64,000 bases of DNA from a candidate division WOR-3 bacterium (GTDB lineage: Bacteria; Hydrothermota; Tepidihabitantia; Tepidihabitantales; Tepidihabitantaceae). The notes under the pieces are model-generated. The model saw only the letters and a list, made by a program, of their open reading frames with translations. It made no database searches and was not told the DNA's origin. Shown piece after piece: positions 58,123-64,000 of this stretch. Position 1 is the stretch's first letter; each line of letters opens with the position of its first letter. Location: assembly GCA_013177935.1 (NCBI GenBank), contig JABLXZ010000002.1:384181-448180 (forward strand), in the 5' to 3' direction. A program made the translations under genes and the position numbers.

Positions 58123-59115
58123 GTGGAACGGGCAAGGGAGCGGTTAAATACCGTTTTGCAAGCAGAACGGTCCAGAGTCACGCCGCCGGTGGTGTTTCCG
58201 ATTGTCGTGGCAAATCATGCGGCTCGGGTTGCGGGTGAAAGGTTGCGCCGTGCCCTGACCGATAGTTGGGTTCTTGCTGAGGTACTCTATCATGCGTATC
58301 GGCTCTACAATTACGACCTGATAATGGTGTTCGCTGATGTTCTAATTGAGGCGGAGGCGATGGGGTGTGAGATTGAGATGGTGGAGGATGAACCGCCAAT
58401 TTTAGCACGACCCGCAGGCACCGCGGCACAGGTTGCCGATGTGGAGCGCGGGTGCCGGATGAAGGTAATTCTTGATGCAACCGGTGAACTGGTCAAAAGG
58501 GTGGGCAAAGAGGTGTATGTGTTGACATCGCTCAAGGGTCCATTTTCCCTTGCCAGTTTTCTTGCGGGACCCGAGGAGTTTCTCGAAAGTTTGATTTCGG
58601 CACCGGAAAGGGCAGAGTGGTTTTTACAAAGGGCGAGCGAGAACCAGAAAAATTTTGCCCGGGCGATTGTGCAGCGGGGTGGAGTACCGTTTATCGGCGA
58701 CCCAATGGCTTCCGGTAGTATTATCAGTCCAGGTTTGTTTGCGCGGTTTGCCCTGCCCTATTTAAAGGAACTGGTGGCAGAGATTCATCGGTTGGGCTGT
58801 TGGACCGGGTTGCATATCTGCGGGGACACGACCGGGATTTTGCGGATGATGCGCGACAGCGGTGCTGAAATATTAAGTGTGGATGAGATGGATATCAGTT
58901 TTGTCCGTCAGGAGGTCGGTCCGGACCGGGTAATTATGGGCAATGTTTCAACCGGCTTGCTGGAGAGCGGGACACCAGAAGAGGTGCAGCAGGCGGCTCG
59001 GGACTGTCTGAAAAAGGGGTTGCCCAGGATGATTCTTGCCAGCGCCTGCGATGTGCCAGCCGGGGCACCGGTGGCGAATGTCCAGGCGCTGGTGTCTGCA
59101 GCGCAGGGGTGGTGA
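58123..59115 (+). CDS. URO-D-family methylcobamide methyltransferase (MtaA/MtbA/MtoB-like)
   Basis: URO-D/MtaA-like length and conserved blocks; immediately follows corrinoid protein. Confidence 0.55.
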   Translation: MERARERLNTVLQAERSRVTPPVVFPIVVANHAARVAGERLRRALTDSWVLAEVLYHAYRLYNYDLIMVFADVLIEAEAMGCEIEMVEDEPPILARPAGTAAQVADVERGCRMKVILDATGELVKRVGKEVYVLTSLKGPFSLASFLAGPEEFLESLISAPERAEWFLQRASENQKNFARAIVQRGGVPFIGDPMASGSIISPGLFARFALPYLKELVAEIHRLGCWTGLHICGDTTGILRMMRDSGAEILSVDEMDISFVRQEVGPDRVIMGNVSTGLLESGTPEEVQQAARDCLKKGLPRMILASACDVPAGAPVANVQALVSAAQGW

Positions 59116-60518
59116 TGAGAGTGCGCTGTGTTCCAAACGGAATGAAATCCCTTCAAGAGCTGCTCTGGGCAAAAGGGGTGAATTTATCCGGTGATTGTGG
59201 CGGCAGGGGCAGGTGCGGTAAGTGCCGGGTGCGGCTCGTGCCGGATGGTAAAACGGTGCTTGCCTGTCAGTTTGTTCCCAAACATCCAGTCACGGTTGAG
59301 GTTGAGCAAGGGTTTAACCGGTACAACGCTCGGGTTAAGAGGAGCAGGTCAGCGCCCAGCCCAATGAACAAGGATTTGGTGCTGGTTGCGGACATTGGCA
59401 CAACAACTTTAAGGCTGGCAGTAATTGACCAGGCACAGGGGCGTCGGGTTAAAACCGAGACGCAGTTAAATCCGCAGATAAGATTTGGTACGGATGTTCT
59501 TACCCGGATAGGTGCGGCAAGCAAGGTGCAGCGGGCAGGGGTGAATGAGTCGCTTCAGGAGTTTATGGACCGGAACGGAGTTCCCCGGTCAGGTCTGGTC
59601 ACGGTGGTGGGTAATACGGTGATGATGCACTTTGTTTTTGGCAAGAGTCCGAAAGGTCTGGGGCAATTCCCTTATCGCACAAGGTTGCCCTTGAGGCGGG
59701 TGATTCAAGGTGCCCGAAACGGATTGAAGTTGCGCACCCTGCCGCTGCTCGGTTCGTTCATCGGCAGCGACTGCACCGCCGCAATTTTTGCCGCGGGGAT
59801 ACACAAAACCGAACGGCTGACGCTTTTAGTTGATGCCGGAACTAATGGTGAGGTGGTTTTGGGTAACCGGCACAAAATTGTTGCCTGTTCCACCGCAGCC
59901 GGACCGGCTTTTGAAGGGGCAACTTTGAGTTGTGGTGTGCTTGCGGTACCAGGGGCAATTAAGAGTTGCCGGTTGCGGCGGGGCATATGGGTCGTGAAGA
60001 CGGTGGGAAGTAAAGTTCCAACTGGAATCTGTGGTTCGGGCGTACTGGATGTTATTGCTGAAGCGTTGCGCGTAGGTTTGATTGAGCCCGGGGGTAGACT
60101 GAACCAGGGCGAGCGGCTTCAAATTTATGGTAAGGAACCGGCAGGTGTTTATCTCACGCAGGCGGACATCAGAGAGGTGCAACTGGCAAAGGCGGCGATT
60201 GCCACGGGCATAAAGTTGTTGTGGCAAGAGTGGTCGGGAAGGAAAATCGAGCGGGTGGTGATTACCGGTCGGTTTGGCGGTAAGTTAAACCACCGGGCAG
60301 CAATGGCGATTGGGCTTTTGCCGGTTTTGCCGGAGTCGGTGATTTACCAGAAACCAGACCTGGCACTGGCAGGAGCGATAAAGGCGGTGCTTGAGCCGGA
60401 AGTGCTAAAACAGGCTGAGGAGTTGAGTAATCGGGTGACCGAGATTCGGCTTGCGGAGCATCCCGATTTTGAAAAGATGTTTGTTGAATCACTGGCGTTA
60501 ACAGAATGGCACTCTTAG
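59109..60518 (+). CDS. RACo/RamA-like reductive activator of corrinoid proteins (N-terminal [2Fe-2S] ferredoxin + ASKHA ATPase domain)
   Basis: Plant-type 2Fe-2S motif CGGRGRCGKCRV...C followed by ~400-aa ASKHA-like region. Confidence 0.55.
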   Translation: MVMRVRCVPNGMKSLQELLWAKGVNLSGDCGGRGRCGKCRVRLVPDGKTVLACQFVPKHPVTVEVEQGFNRYNARVKRSRSAPSPMNKDLVLVADIGTTTLRLAVIDQAQGRRVKTETQLNPQIRFGTDVLTRIGAASKVQRAGVNESLQEFMDRNGVPRSGLVTVVGNTVMMHFVFGKSPKGLGQFPYRTRLPLRRVIQGARNGLKLRTLPLLGSFIGSDCTAAIFAAGIHKTERLTLLVDAGTNGEVVLGNRHKIVACSTAAGPAFEGATLSCGVLAVPGAIKSCRLRRGIWVVKTVGSKVPTGICGSGVLDVIAEALRVGLIEPGGRLNQGERLQIYGKEPAGVYLTQADIREVQLAKAAIATGIKLLWQEWSGRKIERVVITGRFGGKLNHRAAMAIGLLPVLPESVIYQKPDLALAGAIKAVLEPEVLKQAEELSNRVTEIRLAEHPDFEKMFVESLALTEWHS

Positions 60519-61627
60519 AAAGAAAACGGCTGGAAGGTTTGCGCGCGGAACGGCTTGAGGAACTGAAGAGTTTGAAGGCGCAGGGGAAAAAGGTGGTGGG
60601 TTACTTCTGCCTTTATGCGCCGGTGGAAATTATCCAGGCGGCGGGCGCGGTTCCGGTGCGGCTGGCGCGTGCCGATTATCAGAGTGAACTGGAAGGCGAG
60701 CGGTTTCTGCGGGCGGATGCCTGTCCGTTTTGTAAGGCGAGTCTGGGGAAGTTTGCCCACGACCCGTTGTATCAACTAATTGACGCTGTGGTCAGTGTCA
60801 ATACCTGTGATATGATGCGCCGGTTGCCGGAGTCGATAACGGCAAACTTTTCGTTGCCGGTGTTTTCGCTTTATCTGCCGCGCACCAGTGAACCGTTTCC
60901 CAATCGGTTGAGTGCGTTTCAAGCCGGATTGGTGGACTTGAAGGAGTGGTTGGGCAGTTTGACCGGTCAGGAGTGGCAAAACGAGCGGCTGAAAGAAGCG
61001 ATTAATGAGATGAACCAGTTGCGGCGCAAACTTCAGGAACTGGACCAGAGCCGGGCGGAAAAACCGCCGAAAATTCGGGGCGGTGAACTGTTTGATATCG
61101 TAGCACTGGCAACACTGCTACCACCCAGAAGGATGCTAAATTTGCTGAATGAGTTGTTATCAATGGTTTGGGCGGCGCCAGGAACGGTGGACAAGAATCG
61201 GGTCCGGCTGCTGTTGACCGGTAGTATCTTATCAGAAGAGGACCGGACACTAATCGAAATTGTTGAAGAAGGAGCGGATATTGTTGCGGATACGGTATGT
61301 ACCGGTAGTAGATGGTTTCACGAGGAGTTAAAGGTTGAAGAGGAGCCGTTTGCCGGGCTTGCCCGCTTTTATTTTAATCGAACACCGTGCGCCTGCCGCA
61401 GGCCCAACAATGCGCTTTTTGATTACATCAGAGAGCAGGTACAGGAGCGAAAGGTTCAGGGGATTGTCAACAAGAGTTTGCTTTACTGCGACGCCTATCG
61501 TTTTGAGGGAAAATGGCTGCGCCAGGAGATTGGCATTCCGGTGCTGGAGGTTGATGGCGACTATTCCCAGGAGAACCTCCAGCAGTTGCGCACCCGGATT
61601 GAGGCGTTTCTTGAGATGTTGCGATGA
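60506..61627 (+). CDS. 2-hydroxyacyl-CoA dehydratase / benzoyl-CoA reductase subunit-like (HgdB/BcrC family) protein
   Basis: Family-typical length and Cys-containing blocks (YFCLYAPVEII, CPFC, NTCDMM); overlapping start with upstream and downstream genes. Confidence 0.4.
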   Translation: MALLERKRLEGLRAERLEELKSLKAQGKKVVGYFCLYAPVEIIQAAGAVPVRLARADYQSELEGERFLRADACPFCKASLGKFAHDPLYQLIDAVVSVNTCDMMRRLPESITANFSLPVFSLYLPRTSEPFPNRLSAFQAGLVDLKEWLGSLTGQEWQNERLKEAINEMNQLRRKLQELDQSRAEKPPKIRGGELFDIVALATLLPPRRMLNLLNELLSMVWAAPGTVDKNRVRLLLTGSILSEEDRTLIEIVEEGADIVADTVCTGSRWFHEELKVEEEPFAGLARFYFNRTPCACRRPNNALFDYIREQVQERKVQGIVNKSLLYCDAYRFEGKWLRQEIGIPVLEVDGDYSQENLQQLRTRIEAFLEMLR

Positions 61628-63036
61628 GGAAACTGGATTATTACGACCCGGAACCGGCGCGGATTACATTTGATGAGTGGGACGATTTGTTTCAGAAAAT
61701 CCCGGACGAGTTGATTGAAAAATTTCACTACTTTGCACCCAATCAGGAGGCATGGTCAAAATACCTTTTCCCCCCGCAGGTCTTTGCCATCTACGGAGCA
61801 AGGCATCTGCGCCGTCTGAAGTTTGACAACTCGCTTGCCGCATTGCGAATGTGGGGTTTTGTCCAGAATGAGATTGAACGGCTGTTTCGTGCCCGACAGA
61901 TTGGGAAAAAGGTTGTGGCGGTGATGGGCGATTTAGGACCACTAGCGGTGATTGTGGATTCGGTGGGGGCAAAGCCGGGTTCGGATAAAGACGATAGGGA
62001 GTGTGTGGCGTTTTATCCGGACTGCTGGTGGTGGACCCCTTTTGCGATGGAGAGTAAGGTGTTACTGGAAAAGGCGGCAGAGTTAGGTATCGGCGATGCC
62101 ACCTGTTTTTCCCGGGCGGCACTGGGCGCCTTTGCCAAGCACAGTTACTTTCCGGACCCGGATTTGGTGATTGCGGCAACCGGTGCATCGTGCGACGACT
62201 ATTCTGGGGTGGAGAGCCTGGTGGCAAAGATGGTGCCCGAGGTTATTTGGGTGGAAACACCACCCCGCTGCGTTGAATCCAAGGCAAGGGAAAGGGTTGA
62301 GTTGATGCTGGTTGAGGAGTATCAACGGGTGATTGAAAAACTTGAGGGGCTGACCGGTGTCAAGGTGACCGAGGAGATGTTGCAACAGGGGGTGCGACGG
62401 GCAAATCATTTGCGTCGTCTTACCCAGCGGTTTAAGGAACTGGCTTACGGTTATGGTGTGTTCCCGGCGCTGGAAACGATGGTTGTGGAGTTTGGCTGTC
62501 TGCACGGCTACTCCGATTTTGCGGAGTGGACCGCGATTGTCGAGCATCTGGTAGAGACCGCCACAGTGCGATTGCAGCAGGGTAAAACGGTGCTGGCGGG
62601 TGACAGTTTGCGGATTGGCTGGGTGACACCACCCGCCGACCCGTTGCTTTTGTGTTATGTTGAAGACCAGGGAGCACGGGTTGTCGCGACCGAATATGTG
62701 ATTAATCAGGCATTGAGTTTGATTGATGAGACGGTACCGCCCCTTTTAGGTATCGCCCGGTCCCTGCTCAACGCTTCTTTGATTGGTTCGTCAAGAGAAA
62801 GGGCGGCGATGTTTGTCCGGGCAGCGCAGCAATGGCAAGCCGAAGGTGTGATTGTTTCCGGAATTTTAGGTGGTTCGCACTGCGCGATGGAGTCGCGATT
62901 GATTGGTGATTATATTAAACAGAAACTGGACATTCCGATTCTGGAGTTTGATGTTGCGCCGCCGAATAAGGCGATTGACCGTCAAACCCAGACCAGGATT
63001 GACGCATTTCTGGAACTGGTGCGGAGCCGGCGATGA
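61624..63036 (+). CDS. 2-hydroxyacyl-CoA dehydratase / BcrB-like family protein (partner of 60506 ORF)
   Basis: Paralogous architecture to preceding gene, translationally coupled (ATGA overlaps). Confidence 0.4.
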   Translation: MRKLDYYDPEPARITFDEWDDLFQKIPDELIEKFHYFAPNQEAWSKYLFPPQVFAIYGARHLRRLKFDNSLAALRMWGFVQNEIERLFRARQIGKKVVAVMGDLGPLAVIVDSVGAKPGSDKDDRECVAFYPDCWWWTPFAMESKVLLEKAAELGIGDATCFSRAALGAFAKHSYFPDPDLVIAATGASCDDYSGVESLVAKMVPEVIWVETPPRCVESKARERVELMLVEEYQRVIEKLEGLTGVKVTEEMLQQGVRRANHLRRLTQRFKELAYGYGVFPALETMVVEFGCLHGYSDFAEWTAIVEHLVETATVRLQQGKTVLAGDSLRIGWVTPPADPLLLCYVEDQGARVVATEYVINQALSLIDETVPPLLGIARSLLNASLIGSSRERAAMFVRAAQQWQAEGVIVSGILGGSHCAMESRLIGDYIKQKLDIPILEFDVAPPNKAIDRQTQTRIDAFLELVRSRR

Positions 63037-64000
63037 AGGAGTTGCTCAATCCCCGGGAACGGTTTTCTCTGCTCGTGATTGACGAACCTCAGGACCGGGT
63101 GCCGATTTTTCCGTTATTGACCGCCCGTGCCGCAAAATTTTGCGGGGTGAGTTTGCGCGACTACTACACCGATGGGTTGATGATGGCGCAATGTCAGTTG
63201 CGCGCCCGGGAGTTTTACAACACCGACTTCATCTCAATTTTTTCTGAGGTGGGTTTGATTGCCGAGGCAATAGGTTCGGAGTTTGTTTATCCGGAAGACG
63301 ACCTGCCGGTGCTGGCGCGTCCGCGCTGGAACACAGTTGAAGATGCCGCCCGGGGTTTGAAGAGCGAAATGGCGCTTGCGGGTCGGGTGAAGGTTTATCT
63401 GGATGCGATTAGTTATGTCTGGGAGGCGATTGCCGATGTTGTGCCGGTTCTTGCTTATGTACCGGCGCCTTTTACCACCGCCCAGCAGTTAATAGAGCCC
63501 GAGGAGTTTCTGGTTGCCCTGCTGGAAAAACCGGAACTGGTAAAGGTAGTCCTTGACCGTGTGACCCAACTGGTAAAGGCGTTTTCCCGACTATTGATTC
63601 GCGCCGGCGCGTTGCCCATTTTGGTTGACCCACTCGCTTCCGGTAGTGTGCTCAGCCCCAGGGAGTATCAGGAGTTTGCCCTGCCCGCCGAAAAGGCGGT
63701 AATAGATTTCTGGCACCGTTATGACCTGGATGTGGTTTTACACATCTGTGGCGACACGAGTGCAATCGTGATGATGATGCCGGAAACCGGCGCGGATTTG
63801 ATTAGCGTTGATAAGGTGGACCTTGGCTCGGTTATTGCGACGGTGGGAGAAAAGGTGCGGGTCATTGGCAATTTTGATACGACCGAGTTGTGGCTGGGAA
63901 CACCAAAGGAGATTGGCGATAAGGTTAGGGAGATGGTCGCGCAGGCGAAGGGCTGTCCGCGTGGTTATGTGGCAGCGACCGGGTGTGAGGTGCCAATCGC
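63033..64000 (+). CDS. Second URO-D-family methyltransferase (partial, runs off window end)
   Basis: Alignable to 58123 ORF (YNTDFISIFSEVGLIAEAIG vs YNYDLIMVFADVLIEAEAMG); no stop before window end. Confidence 0.5.
   Translation, partial: MKELLNPRERFSLLVIDEPQDRVPIFPLLTARAAKFCGVSLRDYYTDGLMMAQCQLRAREFYNTDFISIFSEVGLIAEAIGSEFVYPEDDLPVLARPRWNTVEDAARGLKSEMALAGRVKVYLDAISYVWEAIADVVPVLAYVPAPFTTAQQLIEPEEFLVALLEKPELVKVVLDRVTQLVKAFSRLLIRAGALPILVDPLASGSVLSPREYQEFALPAEKAVIDFWHRYDLDVVLHICGDTSAIVMMMPETGADLISVDKVDLGSVIATVGEKVRVIGNFDTTELWLGTPKEIGDKVREMVAQAKGCPRGYVAATGCEVPI

Noticed and set aside
1-64000. Searched by eye for CRISPR arrays, tRNA/tmRNA/rRNA genes, integrase or transposase genes and IS inverted repeats flanking the two AT-rich islets
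   Set aside because: No regularly spaced direct repeats, no tRNA-like TPsiC motifs (GGTTCGAATCC-type) in intergenic regions and no recombinase-like ORFs were seen. No convincing direct repeats flank either islet (the only shared string, TAAACGCT, is too short).

Overview
This 64-kb window is GC-rich and densely coded. It looks like a metagenome-style contig from a T9SS-bearing bacterium of the FCB group or a related candidate phylum. The sequence gives no rRNA or tRNA anchor, so I cannot assign taxonomy. About 50 genes are supported. Housekeeping and metabolism genes include chrA, galE, asd, rpmA, a class-I fumarase alpha/beta pair followed by soluble fumarate-reductase Fe-S and flavoprotein subunits, and selD. 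An ars operon is present (arsR, ArsP-like permease, arsC, a small thioredoxin). A cluster of corrinoid protein, two URO-D-like methyltransferases, a RamA/RACo-like activase and two HgdB-like proteins sits at the 3' end. At least 14 large secreted proteins carry T9SS C-terminal sorting domains, among them a C25 gingipain-like protease, an M1 aminopeptidase, BNR/Asp-box propellers, a metallophosphoesterase and several paralog pairs. Two AT-rich, codon-atypical islets stand out against the GC-rich backbone: a Type II restriction-modification islet at about 13.2-16.2 kb and a single-gene SIR2-domain islet at about 27.1-29.6 kb. The islet gene is 709 aa, with a defense-type SIR2 NADase domain followed by a roughly 400-aa helical C-terminal domain. 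I judge this the strongest candidate for an uncharacterised single-protein anti-phage NAD-depletion system. Rho-independent terminators sharing one GC-rich hairpin design mark most convergent gene boundaries. Several TTGACA-N16/17-TATAAT promoters, an ArsR-type operator palindrome, a repeated 17-nt palindromic motif and a long structured leader are visible. All functional calls rest on motif recognition by eye, because no database search was possible.
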